DNA of 64,000 bases from Paramecium tetraurelia (Eukaryota). Below the pieces are notes generated by a model. It worked only from the letters and a program-made list of their open reading frames with translations, was not told the origin of the DNA and did not search any database. Position 1 is the first letter of the stretch; each line of letters starts with the position of its first letter. Shown here in pieces: positions 1 to 18,402 of the stretch. The position numbers were made by a program, and so were the translations under genes. The DNA lies in contig CT868028.1 in NCBI GenBank assembly GCA_000165425.1, positions 114,835 to 178,834 on the forward strand. Direction: 5' to 3'.

Positions 1-53
1 CCTGAGAGCATAAAGAGCAACAGCAAGGCAAAGGCCTTCTATTTACTATTCAT
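1..53 (-). CDS. 5' end of a gene running off the window; signal-peptide-like N-terminus
   Basis: ATG at 53 (minus) reads MNSKQKAFALLLLFMLS in code 6. Confidence 0.5.
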
Positions 54-522
54 TAAAAATATTAATGATTTGCATTCACCATACCTTAAATAATATATAT
101 CCAAAAACACGTGTGTTATCACATTTTCTAGAAATTAATTAAAAAAACCTCTTTTTTATATACATTTTCAAATTCCATACGAATATTCATGTTCAATCTC
201 ATTGAATCAAACAAAAATTATTCATTCCTGAACATACTTAGGCTGATTCTTCATTTTTATTAGATTAATTAAATGGAATTTCAAAAAATAAAATAAATTA
301 ATTCGCATTATATATATATTCGATCTTAATTATTAAATCTCAAGACAACAAATGAACCTAAATCTCACTTTGAAATGGAACCCACATATTTTATGTTCCA
401 TTTAAAAAACAAAACGAATATGATCATCAATAAAATAATAATGGTTAAATCGGATTTTACGAAGTGAATGTTGATAACCAAATCAGAAATTTTTATATCT
501 ATTATTTAATTTTATGTAATTT

Positions 523-872
523 TCAATCATTAGATAATTTGATTGCAAGCACAATAATATTAGCGGCAAACAGGAGTAAAGCAATTAAATAGAGAATTAG
601 TTTCATGTAGAATTCCCTCCTAATAATTTAATTTGTTTGCTTATCAACTCTTCTTGTTTCCCTTTATATATCTTTGTTCTAATTTTTAAGGTAATTTATA
701 CTGTATTTGCAATACCGACAATTTTTTCTCCTTAATCCAAAAGTTTCTCTTAAACAATCGCAGCAGTTTGATTAGTTTAGGCTAAAGTAGTTACAATGTT
801 TTCTATTTATTAATTCTAATTGTAAAGCATATTGTTGTTATCTAACAAGAGTTCTTTTGATTTATTCGCCAT
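523..872 (-). CDS. Short tail-anchored Q-SNARE (Qb/Qc-like), ~108 aa
   Basis: With one 23-nt GTA..TAG intron reads ...EKLLDQGEKIVGIANTNKDIQRETRRVDKQTNQIIRREFYMKLILYLIALLLFAANIIVLAIKLSND*: heptad motif with central Gln, then basic residues and a C-terminal TM helix. Confidence 0.65.
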
Positions 873-1404
873 TTTTACAAAGAATAATATTCAATTTAAT
901 TATTACTTTTTTATATTCATATAAGTCTTAAAAAATTAATATTCAATGATATAGAATTTTAATATTATCTCGTCAACATCTCCTCAATCGTAATACCTAA
1001 TAACAAAATCATAGATAATATTAATTTTTTACACATTTATCATGTATTCATACTTATTCACTTAAATAATAGGTCAGGCTGAGAAATTCTCACATTTGTT
1101 TTCCTAATTAATGAATGTACATTAATTAATTTTATAAAATCTTTCTTAAATTAGTAATTCTCTAAATTGATATGTCATATAAATTCTACAATAAACAAGA
1201 TTGGAACAATTTTTCAGCATTCATTTTAGATATACTGTCTATATTTTAATTTTAAATTAATAAAATCACAATAATTAATGAATTGAAACTATATATATAA
1301 TTTGTTCAAAAAATGATAGTGAATCTAAATAAAATAAGAATTGAATCAGATAAACAAACTATTTTTGTTAATTATATAATTAATTTACAAATAAAAAAGG
1401 TTAT

Positions 1405-3752
1405 TCATAAAATTTTATACATAATCTGCCGTGCAATATATTGAGCAAATCTATTTTTATGACCTCTTATCTTATCCAAGACTTTAGAATATATATTTTA
1501 ATTGTTAATCAACTTAATTACTTTTGTAATATTATAATGAGGATAATAATAATCGTATTCTTCTACTTTATCGATATTTGTTTCAGAATTAAAAATTTAT
1601 GTTTGAATGTCCTCTTAATTTTCTTGGGCATTATTACCTGAAGATGTAGCTGCAAATAAACATCGATGACTCACTTGCCTAGTAATCCTATTCTTAAAAA
1701 CGAATTTTTGTTCTAACTGATTTTGTGGAGTTAACTGAGGAGCATGAACTGAAGTCTAATCAGGATATGATGCTTCGTCTTCATCATTTCTTTGCAAACC
1801 TAATCTAATGAGAAGCTTGTTGTCAACCACAGCAAGTGTTTTGTTCTACTCTAGAAATTATTCAAAGGCTCTTTCCTTAACCAATTAGGAATTAAACCTT
1901 CTTTTCTTTCTCTATCTCATATACATTTGCCTTTCGTGGTCAACACTGCTATTGTAAATTGAGATAACTTTATTCTTATTTTTCCTAAAGAAAACTAATG
2001 GACAATGTTTGAATTGATGATGACTAGAACATGCCTCGCAAATTATCTGATTGTTGTTGTCTCCAAATTAGGTTCCATCCAAAATTAGTCTATACTTTTC
2101 ATACTACCTTGTGTCTTTCTAAAGAATATTCAAGAAATCATTTTAATTGATATAAGCTACTTAGACAAATGTTTAGGCCACCATGTCAAATTGCATCTAA
2201 TCCTAAAAGAAGAATTCTCTTTCACAAACTAATTTACCACTTACATATCTTTTGATTGTCCTATCCAACAAAACTGATTTGATTTTTCCTGAGAGCACAA
2301 TGTAGAGTTTCTCAGGATGATCATCCTTCTTGATTATAAATTCTTCAGGGGCATAGGTTCTTTCATGAACACAATAACATAGTTTTTTTAGTATTTCATC
2401 TGAAAGATTTGAACCTAACAATTTCGATTTCTTGAAATAACTGAAATACATTGCTATTTGAACTTCCTATTTTAATTTTGGATTCAATTGTCCCATCAAT
2501 TCATCCAAATCTAATTCCTCCTCTTATTTAAATTACAAATAATATTCAATATATTTCCGAACTCTAAATTGCAATTAGGTATTTAATCCCCTCTATTTGA
2601 TGTGATTGCTCACTAATCTAAGTTTAGCATTATTAAGATTTTGTTATTCAGCTAATTTGTAGAATATGCTCTAAATCATTCCCAAGGCATATCCAAATGT
2701 ACCCACAACTAGAAATGTCATAAATGTTACAAGTATTTTCTCAGGTGTTGTCACAGGTACTATGTCTCCATATCCCACAGTCATTGAGGTTATGGTTACC
2801 CAATACAACGAAGTAAAGTATTTTACAAATGCATCTGATTCGTATATTCCTTGCTGATGCAGCCAAGTGTGTGAGTATCCATTATCTATTTCAAGAATGG
2901 CAAAGTAATGAAATAAACATGCACAAAAATGAGATATCAGCAAAAGCGAATAAATCAAGCAGAATAGTGAATATATTACTGCTGTCTTTTCTTTGAAATT
3001 AGAGATCTCTTCTATGACTACCATAGTCCTTCTTACCTTGGTCATGCGAATCAACATAAGGTAATTGGCAAATGAGTAGCCGAACCATGAGATTATGAAG
3101 GGTAGCACTACTGTGAGATCAAGAATGAACTCTCCTTTTACGTAATGCCAAAATATATCATGTTTGGAAGTATGTAATATTCCTCTGACATAATAGCCTT
3201 TAAAAAAATTCAAGATTAATTCGATTAAAAATATGCAACTTGGAAGAGTACTAAACAATAAGTAAGCATTTCCAATTTCTTCCTTGCCCAAATCGAATGA
3301 CAACTAGAAGGGAACATACAATATATTCACAATCGTCACAAACATTAAGATGACATCCCACACAAATAGAAATTTGTCAGCAGGTAATAATACAGTTTGA
3401 TTACTTTTAAGGAATGACCATAGTCTCCACCAAATTGCATTCATTAATTTGGCTTCGTACTTGATTTCACCAAACTATATTTTATTAAAATGCCTTATAC
3501 CCTTGTAGGCTGATTTTCTAACAGTCGACTATATAGGTAATATTAAAATGAACTAGTTCGATCCCTAATCAGGTAAAATATATTCTTGTTCAAAATCTTA
3601 AATCTATAAATAGGGGAAAAGTGTTTCATTTTTGTGATAAAAATAGCTATTTTTTGAATAATCTTGAGAGGCTTCATTTTCCATACGCTACTTATTCTAT
3701 AAATTTACTCACTGTTCTCGAACTGTTGTATTTCTTTTTCGACATTATTCAT
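1405..3752 (-). CDS. 6-TM K+ channel with cyclic-nucleotide-binding homology domain (EAG/CNG-like)
   Basis: Pore motif SMTVGYGDI, S1-S6 helices, C-linker and CNBD (ERTYAPEEFIIKKDDHPEKLYIVLSG); 26-nt intron 3475-3500; TGA at 1405-1407; true start may lie ~80 nt upstream. Confidence 0.92.
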
Positions 3753-4313
3753 GGCTTCTAACTCAATCCTCTTGTCCTCCTGATGTTGAGCTTCTTTTAT
3801 GGAAAACTAGAATAAGAATCTCGTCTTTTTTCATGTTATATTTAGATTTATAAATTGTGTTTAAAAATTAAAGCATTCCAGTCATGGAATATGTTCTAGA
3901 ATATGATATAGATGTACCAATAGAAACAACCATCGCAAAAGTATTCTAGATGCAGCCATTTATGCAAAGGAGCACCATTCAGTAATTATCTTGAGGATAA
4001 CTGAACAATTGGAGATTTGAAACAAGATGCTATTGCAAAGTGATGCTATTACGCGAAGAAGACGAGTTATAAAACAAATTGTAATTGGCTATATTATTGA
4101 TGCTTTTCGGTTAAATAAATTGATTAAATATTTAAGAAATATAATAGATTGTTGATATTATGAGAAATACTTATTTAGTTTTTTAGCAAGGTGGATGAAT
4201 ATAATACTGAATAAATGATTTAAATTTATAATCTTATATTTAACTTTTGATGGTAATTGGAATAAAAGGCAATCTCGCTTATTACAACAAAATATAATTA
4301 ATTCATTTATTTT

Positions 4314-7300
4314 ATGGAGGAGGAATAATAAATCTTTCGAAATATGGAGATAATATTATTCTTAGATGCATGGTGGATAATAAGATCTATTATTTGCTCG
4401 CAAGAAACGAACAGTACCTCATGGAAACAAAGCTTTAATTGGGTAATTCTTGCACATTTAACATGTACAATTTCCCTTAACACATGGTGTTCACAGTATT
4501 CCCCAAACTTTTATACGAAGCACAAAAAAAATACAATTCAGACAAGTCCATTGGAGCCTCTTTTGATGTTTAGAAACAACTTCTGTACACGAGAATGGAA
4601 ACCGAAAAAAAATATAATCAAAATCTGTTGAAGCAAACCAGAGGGTAAAAAATAATGTACGGAGATACAATAATGCTCTATTAACCATTGAGTTAAGTCT
4701 TTTTACTAAGAGCGGAGAACAATAATTCAAATTCAAATATCGGAACAATTTTGAGTTCTTCAATGTACTTCACAGTTCAACCTGATCCCTTGGCGTTAGA
4801 CATTAAATAAGGATGTCCAGTACACTCTTTCGATCAATTCCTTCTAGTTCAAAGTGACACAATATTGAAATTTGACACCTTGCAAGAAATTTACCGCCTG
4901 CCTGAAGTAGTGAAATCTTAGAATCTTGATCACAATAACGAATTCCTAACCATCCCAGCCATGATTGAGAATCAATACTAATTCAAGTTTTACAAGGCTC
5001 AATACAAGCAATTCACAACTGATTCAAAAGAGTCCATCAGCCACAACACTCTTCAAGCAATTGTATTGAAATAAGACAAAGACAAAAATCATTTGTTCTA
5101 CGGTCAGTATGTACGCATAGTGCACATGCAATAGAAGATAAAAAAAGAGAGGTAGGAATCAAGGAGAAGATCAATCAAAATTGAGGAAGCTTAAGAAAAC
5201 CAAATTAATAAAGGTTACTTGACATCATCGATTAATGCAGTTGGATGCTACCCCTCAGTTTATCTATAGATTAACGACATCTAGAATTCTGATTCAATCG
5301 AAAGGGCAGCATCTATCTTCTAGATCTTGCCAGAAAATGACCAAAAGTATAGTGATGAAGTTTAATTTACTGTTGGAAATAAACCCAATTTGGTAGGTTA
5401 CACTACTTTCCTGCTTAGACACATGTTAACAGGGGAATTCCTAAGAGTCAATCCTTTCGATAATAAGCTGTAATTATCTAAAGATGTTATCAATAAGTAT
5501 CGATAAATCAATACTACGTCATCAAAAAAACTAGAGACCACAAGATAAAATGAACCAAAGTCTACTGTGTAAAAGAATCTGCCAGGCATCAAATTATATA
5601 GAAATCTAATTACTCAATCAAATAACACCAATTAAAATAATATTAATAATATTCAAACTCAATAGGACGAGCGCATTGCAACTCAATACTAATAAACTTA
5701 AGGAAATATAGAAGAACTTGAATAAGGTTCATGTATGTCTGACCATCAATTGCTATTTGTAACTAAATTGGGCAATAATCCTATATTCTATAAAGATTAG
5801 TTGCCTTTTACAAATGATACAACATTCAATATTGCTACAAAAGATGGAAAATGTCCAATTGAAGTTGACAATTAAGAAGAGGGTGGGTATTAAGTTAAGT
5901 TAATAACCAAGTTAGGAATGTTTAATCAATATGGAGAGGATAACTTGGAGTAAACTCTGTATAGATAATTGCACGATGAGTGGATTACTTTGATCCCTGA
6001 TTTAGATTCATTCATAAAAAAGAATAAATATCAATTATCATCATAAGAAAAAGAAGTTCTTGAGTTCATTGAAGGTGAAAAGAAGAGTCAAGCAAAAAAC
6101 AAAGTTGATATGAGACATTATAAATCTGATGATGAAACCTTTAAACCTACTTTTATTAATTTGAATCCTCTCAATACTAAATACTTGGATGTATTAGCAA
6201 ATGAGGACTTTTCAGGTTCCAATTTTAAATTTGAAGTTGTAGACTAAAGTGAAATAGAAGAATTGAGTGAAGTCTTAGATCTAATGTTCCCACTCACAGT
6301 CTTAGCTAAAAACTCAATCCAACTATCAACTTTAAAATTCAAATTCAGCAATCTTAAATTCAAGGACTCCAAAGAATCCAAAGATCTAGCTTCCCAATTT
6401 CTCAGGTGTCAAGCCTAAGCCGTTCAAAATGTCAATTAGGCAGTCAAGTCACTGTTCAAAATTATGTTATGGTTAACTGCCTCTCAAGAAGCTTTGGCTT
6501 AAGAAAATTTAATCTCTGAACCTTTGGTAAGAAGATAGTGTATTGCCAGAGAAATCGGTTGCATAGACTATGTAAATAAGATAATCTATGAGTTAAATAT
6601 CAATGGGCTATTATATGAAGATAAAGATTCAATCAAGTAGGATGAGGAGATGTTTCAATAGGATATCAATCAACTAATTGATTTGCTTTCCTCGTTTTTA
6701 TAATTGGTTTGTAAGAATTCAAATGATAACTCCTTATACGTCGTCTAATGGTATTGTCTCTATAAGCACATACTGTTGAGAGGATAAGTAAACGATTTGA
6801 TGAGACTAGACATCTTGATTACTTAATTGTTCTAATAGTCAGACGTTATGGTTTCGTTTGAATTTGAAGTCACTCAATTATCGAAGGAAACCAAATCTAC
6901 AAACTACAACAAACATGCTTTTAATTTATTAATTGCCTTTTGTCTTTTCACTGAGTTTAGAAAGAAGGAGGGCATCGAAGGAATAATTGATCATATCTTC
7001 AAGCAAAATAAGGATTCCATATTTGCATAGCTCATATTTGATGGCAATATTCAATTGATTTTGAGGGAAAAGATCTAGGACTTTTAGAAAACCATAAGAC
7101 AATCTATGGATTCAGGTCTTCCCATTTCAAGTCCAATCATGATAGAGGGCTTGAATTTTTCGAACAGACTAGCATTGCACGATTACATCATTTCTTGTGT
7201 GAGGTTGGCTTCAGAAATTTCTAAGTCCTCCCCTGCTTTGACTCTAAAGGAAATCAAGCACTTATTTCCCTTCTATACCGTAGCCAAGATAATCCAAGAT

Positions 7301-10300
7301 AATAGCATTTCATCGTTAACCAAATCGTACTTTTTGGAGTTATTCCAGAATTCCTATATGGCTAAACACTTAAATCCTTTGCCAAGAGCCTAATTCCCTT
7401 AGTATTTAAAAATGGTTGTCAAATAGAACAAAGGGAAAGGATTCTTATCAATGTTTAAAAAAGAAGAGTACGACATCATTCTCTATACATTTGCATAGAA
7501 GAAGATTGCTGATGTCTATTAAAAGGTGGCCAAAAAATATTTGGTGGAAACTGATACAACTGTTGATTTTTGGTTATTTTTATCAGATTTCATCACAAAC
7601 TTTTGGAAAAGCAAATCCATATATGAAATTAAAGGCACTGATCACATTTATATTAAATAATTGATTTTAACATTCACAGAGTTCTTAAAAAAAGGATTAT
7701 TCATTGAATATCTTAGCAATGCTCACAATTTTTATAACATGTACCATAAATTCATTGAATTCCTGAAGAATTCTGTCGTTTCAGCTACTCTAGAGGAGAA
7801 ATACATCAAACATTAGTTGTAGGACAACAAAAAATCAAAGGAGCAGAAACCTTTAGAAGTGAAGGATTATTTGTTTGAGAGTTCAGTGGCATAAAGGGCA
7901 GTGTCTAGAACGACTTATGCAAAGAGTATGATATGGCTTGATGAGTTAATTGAGATTCTAATTCTGTTAGAACAATTTCAGCAATCGAGAATGGCAGACC
8001 AATTTATTATCACAGATGACAACTAAACAATGTTTGATGATCTCCAATACTTATAGAAGTTTGCCAAGGATAAAAAGTATGCAGATGTAGTTTAAAGGTT
8101 GAGATAAGCCAAACGAGCAAGTTATCATACAAGAGGATAGCAATCACAAAGTCAACTCAATCAAAAGGATATATTCACAACTCAAGAGTTGACAACAATA
8201 TTGAGAGAGTGTTCTTATGCTCGTAAGACTGTGATCTTAGAATATTTAGGAGGTATAAAATAAACTGATATATCGTTGGTTTACTTTTTGATTGAATTGC
8301 TTACATTAAATTAAATAAGACTATCAGCCAAAGTGACTGAATTATTGTGGCTGATTTATTCATCAAGAAGTAACTTTCTTTAAACATTGAACTAAACTAT
8401 CTTGATTGAGGCATTTGATCAAGGAGAGTTACAATTATAAGTAAATTAGAACATATTTACAGACTTTTCAAATATTTATTGGAAATTGCATTTTGCAATT
8501 ATAGACTTGAAAGAATCCTTGGAGAAAGACTCTAACAAACATTATGAAACAATTAATGATGCCTTATCAGACATGTTAGTGATATTCTTCCCTGATTATG
8601 CTGCTAAATCTGATATGTAAATGTTCATGGAGATTAATTAATTGGAGAATGAGGAGAAACATTACTAGGCACAAGAAGAGAAGATGGTTAAGAGCAAAAT
8701 AAAATAAGAGGTGGCTGTCATAGAATAGTTTGTATCAAGGGCAGAACTTGATCTAATTGACGTCTCAGCACAAAGTCCAATGAGGGATTAATAAAATGAA
8801 TAATTATAATCACTGAAATCGGCCACAATCGATTAGTAATAAAAGTATGTTTGGAAAATCAATAACTCTCTATCAATTGATGTGTTGACCATCTATTATA
8901 GATAAAAGTTATTGAGATACCTGGGATTTCATGATTTGATGTATAAATTGATTGAAAACCTAATATAAGAAACAAGCACTCTATTTAGAGAGAAGGATGT
9001 CCTTGTAAGCAATGCAAATAAGAAAGGATGGGAGATTAAGAGCGACATCTTAGAAAAGAGTATTCTATTCTTGATTTATTTTGTAATACGAAATGAAGAA
9101 AACCAAGAGATGATACTCAATTTAAGTAAGAGGAAGGATTCCTTTCTACATGAAATGTCTAATGTAAAGAGAAAGCAATTGTAGACTTTAATTTATATTT
9201 TGTTTGCTGAACTGTTTAGAGACAATTACAACATATTATTCTCATTAGATAAGTACAACGACGAAAATTCAATATTGGCGAAATTGTTCGGTATTTTTGG
9301 TAACAACTTTGCAAGTAAAAATTATGAAGCAGCAATCTATTTCCTTTAATTTTTATAAATCCTATTGAAAGTAAAAGAGAGTGAAGTTGTGTAAAACTAT
9401 TCAGTAATTATACAATTGTTTTAATCAACTAAACAATTGGCCACATTTGCCAAAGATATTGCAACTCTGATCCACACTATTTATCTCTTAAGATTGGAGC
9501 AATTCTTTACTGGCAGCCATGCACCTCTGCCTCAAACACCCAATAATTAATAAAGGCATGCATAATTTAATGGATTCATTGAAATGCCTTTAGAGGTGCT
9601 ATTCATGACAGAACTACTAAGATTAATGAGAATTATCTGTTCCAAGAGATCAGTTCTCGTTAATGAATTCGTCAATAAACTCTTTCCAGTTACAAGAGTG
9701 GCTGAAATGTTGAAGTAATTGGACGAATGGTACCCTTTGAAATCAGAACTAATCCTCTATTTTTAGAGTGTGTTTCTGGATAATTTACAATTCTTAACCT
9801 TTGAAGAGAAACAAGAAGTTGTTAAAACCATTACTGAAGTGATATTCAAATAAATGACATTGAGTTTTATTGAGAATTAGAATCTTAAGAAAATGGCAAA
9901 TGCAAAATTAGTAAATAACATAGTATTCAATATCTTTGGAATAAGAAATTAGTACACTAGTTAAGAGTTCATTATGTCAATATCCCACGAGAAAGCAAGC
10001 TTTATCTATGTGATTTTTGGAGTCTTGGAAGTGACTGAAAACTTTGTGAAGAAGGTGTTTCCTAAATTTTTTTAGAGTGATGAACAAGAACACTTTGAAG
10101 ATGTTTAAAATGAAATTATTTTCATGGCATAAACCATAAGTGAAACAGTTCAAAAAGTAAAAGAGTACATTAATGATGTACCTAATGGAGGCACAGGTGG
10201 GAAAATGAAAAATTCGAATTATAAGAGAAGAAGTGGGTAAAAAACAACTAAATTGTTTAATCTAACACATAAATTGCTATCTAGTAACTAGGATGAATAG

Positions 10301-13300
10301 AATCAGGAATTGAGCATTCTGGCTAAAGAAGATAATGAAATTGATAAGATCAATATAATTATGATAGTTAAAACAATAGACTCGGTCAAGCTCTCAGAAG
10401 TTTCCTTTTAATTGTAAAGGAATGATATGCAATAAGCAGAATAAGGAATTCTAAATAAATGGATAAATTCCATTAAATCCTAGAGAACCAAACTAGTAGA
10501 TGAACATCTTGTGGCTTCAGAGAGAGAAAATGAAATTTAATAGTTAGTTAATTTAATTATTACTTTAAAACGAGATGATACCACCAAATTTAAGAGAATG
10601 GTAACTGCCCTTATTTAAATGTTATCTGAAACCTCAGTATCTCCCTCTATCAAGTTGAAATCTATCAATATAGTAAGAAAACTATCTAATTATAAAGAAG
10701 ACTTTCAAGTAACCAAGTCGATACTTAAGGATTTGGGTGAACTTGGATTCACAGATTTTCTATGCGATTTAATCAAACAAGAGGTTGATTCTGAATAAAA
10801 GCTCGAATACATTAAGGCCTTTGTGGATTACATTGATGATTCATCGAGAGAAATTTAGAACTCCTTTTTATTGTATCTACAAAGGGATGTTCAGAACACC
10901 TTTATAAGAAATTTGTAAAACTTCATAACAGACATGTTCTAAGATGTCAGAATGGCAGAGATATCTAGAATAGAGAGGAATAATAAGAATATAAATAAGA
11001 TATTGAATAATAAGATCAATGGTTGCATTTTGATATTTGAAATGTTTCGTCTAGGTTGTGAAGATCATTTTAGTGACATGTAAAACTTTTTGAGGATTCA
11101 ACCTAATAGTAAATAACCAATCAACTTTATTATGTTTACAGCTGAATTATTCGAGAAATACGTTGAAAAAATGAATGAACATAACGCAGCTCTAGGTTAA
11201 AAAATACTAGATTTTTTAATTGAATGCGTTTAGGGTCCTTGTCTCGAGAACTAGACTGAATTATGTTAATCTACTAAGATTTTGGAGGTTCTCGAATAAA
11301 TTATCATTCAATAAAGAGTTGATAATGATAAGTTTTAAAGAAGAGATATCGTATTTTCAAGTTTGAGAAGTAAGGTGTTCTTACTTTAATTATCCTTAAT
11401 GGAAGGTAATAGTGATTAAGAAATTGCAAATAAGATATCTCAATATTTCAATCCTCAGATACTCTTCGAGAGAATATAATTAGTTTACTGGAAGATTATC
11501 AAAAAGATAAGAAATACATAAATGCAAATAAATTTAGAGTTGAAAGTGTTGGATAGAGTGAAAACGGAAGCTGAAGAATCTGTAAATCTGCACGGAATCA
11601 TACAGACCAAGGATACTAAGGAGACTTTACCTAATTAAAATTTATTCATGGAGTTCTTCTCGGAGAACTTTAATAGTTCTCGTGGTCCATCACATCTCAG
11701 AGAGTCATAACAAACTTAAGTAAATGCTATACAGGAAGAGGAGATGGAAGAAATGGTTGGTGAAACCTTTATGATGTATCTATTACTCAAGAAACTCAGC
11801 AATTACATTCCCCAAATCAAAAACTTAACTGATGGCGAAAACAATCCCAAATTGAGAAGAGCTCTGAATTACTACAAAAATGAGACTGCCTCCATTGAAA
11901 TTGTGAATATGAATGGCAAATTAGAGAAAATATACTTTTAGGTTCCCACTCTGATGAAATATTTGACAGAAGAAACCAAACACTAATTCATGGAAGAAGT
12001 AGAAAGAGATTCTATCAATGATAAGATCAATGGCTTGCTAGATAACATGGATAACTTTTATATGGAAATGGTGCATTTTATGAAGTTACGAAAAATCGGA
12101 ATCAGATTTAACAATAATTTTATTGTTTATCTGAGAAATGTCTGCATTATTTTGGCTCTCCTCTTGAACATCCTAATTACAATAAATGACACTGAAGAAA
12201 AGCTGGCAAACCTTGCCAAAGCCATAGCTATTGTGAATTGCATTTTGTATGGATTGATTATGCTCACCTGGGTATTTATCAGAATGCAATTGGAGTACGA
12301 TCGAATCTATAAATAGGTGTCAGATTTGATCCAATTAAATTACAATAAGAAATCGAATCAAGGATAGACTTAATAGGTCAATCCAAAAACAGTCATTTAT
12401 CCTTTCCAAATTACATTATTGCAAGCATTCTTAATTATAAAACGAATGTTATTTAGTAGTTACACCTTTTATTGGTTCTTATTGCTGGTCATCAATTTGT
12501 TGGGTTTGCTGTATAATAAATTATTTTATGGGTTTCTACTGTTGGATATCATAGATCATTCGCAAGTGTTAAGAAATGTCATCAAAAGTATTTCACTCAA
12601 TTACAAACAACTTTTGATGACAGCCTTATTGGGAGTCTTAATCATGTATTTAAACATAGTATTTATTTAGGTATTTGTACTCTTTGGTCGCATACTAAAG
12701 CACTGATTTTAAATAATAATTGAAAGATGGCAATGATAATAATGGAGATGATGAAGTTACTGATCCTTTAGATTAGACGGTCTGTTACTCTGCATTTTAA
12801 TGTCTTGTGTATGTAATTCACTAAGGTTTACGAGCAGGTGGAGGAATAGGAGATGCTCTTGAAGCACCTCCGACTCATTCAAACTTAAACTATTATTCAT
12901 AGAGAGTTCTTTATGATGTGACTTTTTTCATTCTCATTAATATCATTTGGCTGAATATCATCTTTGGTATTATTATTGATACCTTTGCTGAATTGAGAGA
13001 TTAGAAGAATCAAAAAGGTAACCTATTATTGTACTATTCAAGATTTCGATTCTCAGAACAGATGTTATATTTGCGACTTAACAAGAACAGTATTTGAAAA
13101 AGAAGGTATATCTTTCGACAATCACGTTCAAAAATATCATAACCCTTGGAATTATCTGGCTTATTTGCTATACTTAAAAGTGAAGCAGAAAACCGAGCAT
13201 ACAGGCACAGAATCATATGTCTATAGTAAATTCCTGCAAAATGATATAAGTTGGTTGCCCATTTAAAAGGCACTTGATTTAGAATTAATTGCAGAACAAT

Positions 13301-13359
13301 AGTAAAAATAAACAATTAATATCAACATCGAAGAACACAACTAAAAATCGCTACATTGA
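4314..13359 (+). CDS. IP3-receptor/ryanodine-receptor-type Ca2+ release channel (~3000 aa)
   Basis: N-terminal [31 protein letters not shown] motifs, RIH-associated region (LIECVQGPCLENQ), [13 protein letters not shown], pore [25 protein letters not shown]-terminal CYIC..H..YH; the main ORF-track fragments from 6848 to 12670 (all but 7416) share the N-terminal reading frame; two short introns near 12647-12670 and 13018-13042; start codon uncertain (4250, 4314 or 4370). Confidence 0.93.
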
Positions 13360-13736
13360 ATCAATCATTATTCTAGTTATCAAATATAAATATCATGAAT
13401 TTCAATTTTATTTACACAATATATTTGTTGATTTTTTTAGAAATGAATGCTTCATATATTATTATGATTCTAGAATATATTTTTATTGTTCATCAAAAAT
13501 TACTACCTCTTTAATTATTTTATATTTAATACAAAATATTACTTTTTTGTTTTACAGATACATTCTTCAAAAGAAATCTTTCTCTCTAAATTTTACATTC
13601 ATATTATTATTAAAAATGATAAACAGCATCTATCCTACCAAAATTATAAAAGGATTAGAGAAAACGTAATTTGAATTTAATTCACTTTTTCATTCCAAGT
13701 TTAAATAATATATAAAATAGCCTTAATTATTAATTA

Positions 13737-16785
<3,049 letters not shown>

Positions 16786-16796
16786 TAATTATATCC

Positions 16797-17595
16797 TCAT
16801 TTTTATTTAACTTTTTTGTCTTTTTTCGCTTTCTTCACTGGACCTTATGTATTCTATTACACAAATCTCAATCCTATTAAATAAATGGTGAAATAGACCT
16901 AAAAATAAAATGACACTAAAAAGTGAAATCAAACCAGCAAAGATAATAGTCTGAGTGGTACCTGACAGCTTTGACAAATCAACTCCAAATAACCTATAAC
17001 CCTATGGTTATTGTCTTCTTCTTGGATCCATTTCTTCGTCATCGTCATCATCATCATAGCCTTGTTCTTACTTATATTTCTTTTATTATTCTTGCATGTT
17101 TTTATCGAATTGCTAAGGTGATCATAAGGAATACCTCTATCTCTTTCGATAATATCTTCTCCTAATCTGTTAATGTGAGATCATCTTCCAAACTCAGATC
17201 AGTCATCATGAAGACATCCTAGAAATCCTAATACTTAAAGGTTTATTGTCTCAATTAATTAAAGAGATCAGCCAATTATTAGTATTGGATTTTTTGGATG
17301 CACTGCATCACTAATTGAACCTATAATTTTTCATATGCATTTCTTTTGTCTTATTCGTTTGTAATCTATTTGAATAACTACATCAATTCTTGGCTTCTCT
17401 CTTATAAGTGGTACTTTGTTAAAATAATGCACCCATATTATTACTACTAATAATAATTTTGTTATGCTATCCTATTAATGATTGATTTGTACAGTCCTAT
17501 TATTAGAATTAAGATTCTTGGTCTTCCTCACTCAATTCCTCTTCCTAGGCTCTGAGTTGTATAAGAGTCAAGGCAATCAACAGTAATTTCCACAT
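16797..17595 (-). CDS. Hypothetical type-I membrane protein (signal peptide, C-terminal TM, Lys-rich tail; ER-like)
   Basis: MWKLLLIALTLIQLRA..., TM TIIFAGLISLFSVILFLGLF, ends KKAKKDKKVKQK*; two short introns. Confidence 0.65.
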
Positions 17596-17662
17596 TAATA
17601 AATTAATATGTGATATTAAATTTATAAGGAATTCTAATTATGAGTTATTAATATTAAAATCA

Positions 17663-18323
17663 TCATAACAATTAATTTAATAGTTCTTTTATTTCTTCCT
17701 TGACTCTCTTGCCAAATTAAGGACACTCTTCAATATGTCTTTTGATTAAGCAAAAGAAGAATTTACTATCTATCTTTTTCATTTATATCAATCTTTCAAG
17801 TTGTTGCAATAGTTTTCTAACTGTTTATTTGTTATTAATACTCATTAAATTATTTCTAAATATCCATAGTAGTTTGTTTGCTACTTATTCTGTCTGATCG
17901 TTTTTTTAATTCTGGATAATCTTAAGACAAAGCTGATTTCTATCTGACTTGTTTCTCGGGCTTATCTACGCATTCTTTTATTACTAATTTCTGATTCTAC
18001 TCAAATTATTTCTATTTTGAATTGTCTTCAATGTGTTAACTATTCTTATTTTTGCTCTTTTTCTCGCTTTCTCTTTTTTAAATCTAATTATTTCTCATTT
18101 CCGACATTATATTCTTGAACTCATCTCTATTTGTGACTGATGAAGATTTAATGCCCATTTTGGTATTTTGAAATTTCATCTCATCTCTTAATTGTCCAAC
18201 GCCAATATCATGTTTTCCAACGAAGATGTCAGAATATTTAATTGTTTCTTGAGTCCTTGTATTGGAAATGTATTTATTATATCTACTCAATAATTCTTTC
18301 TCCTAATTGTTTAATAATTCCAT
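17663..18323 (-). CDS. Hypothetical coiled-coil protein
   Basis: Code-6 ORF MELLNNQEKELLSRYNKY... ending FGKRVKEEIKELLNQLL*. Confidence 0.55.
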
Positions 18324-18402
18324 TTGTTATTGTTATTAATATAATTAATCAATGCTATATATTATTATAAAATAATCATGTTATGTACATATGATAAACT
18401 AC

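Noticed and set aside
3884..4130. Short + strand ORF between the K+ channel and the IP3R-type gene
   Set aside because: Stops at TGA after ~36 codons and shows no recognisable similarity
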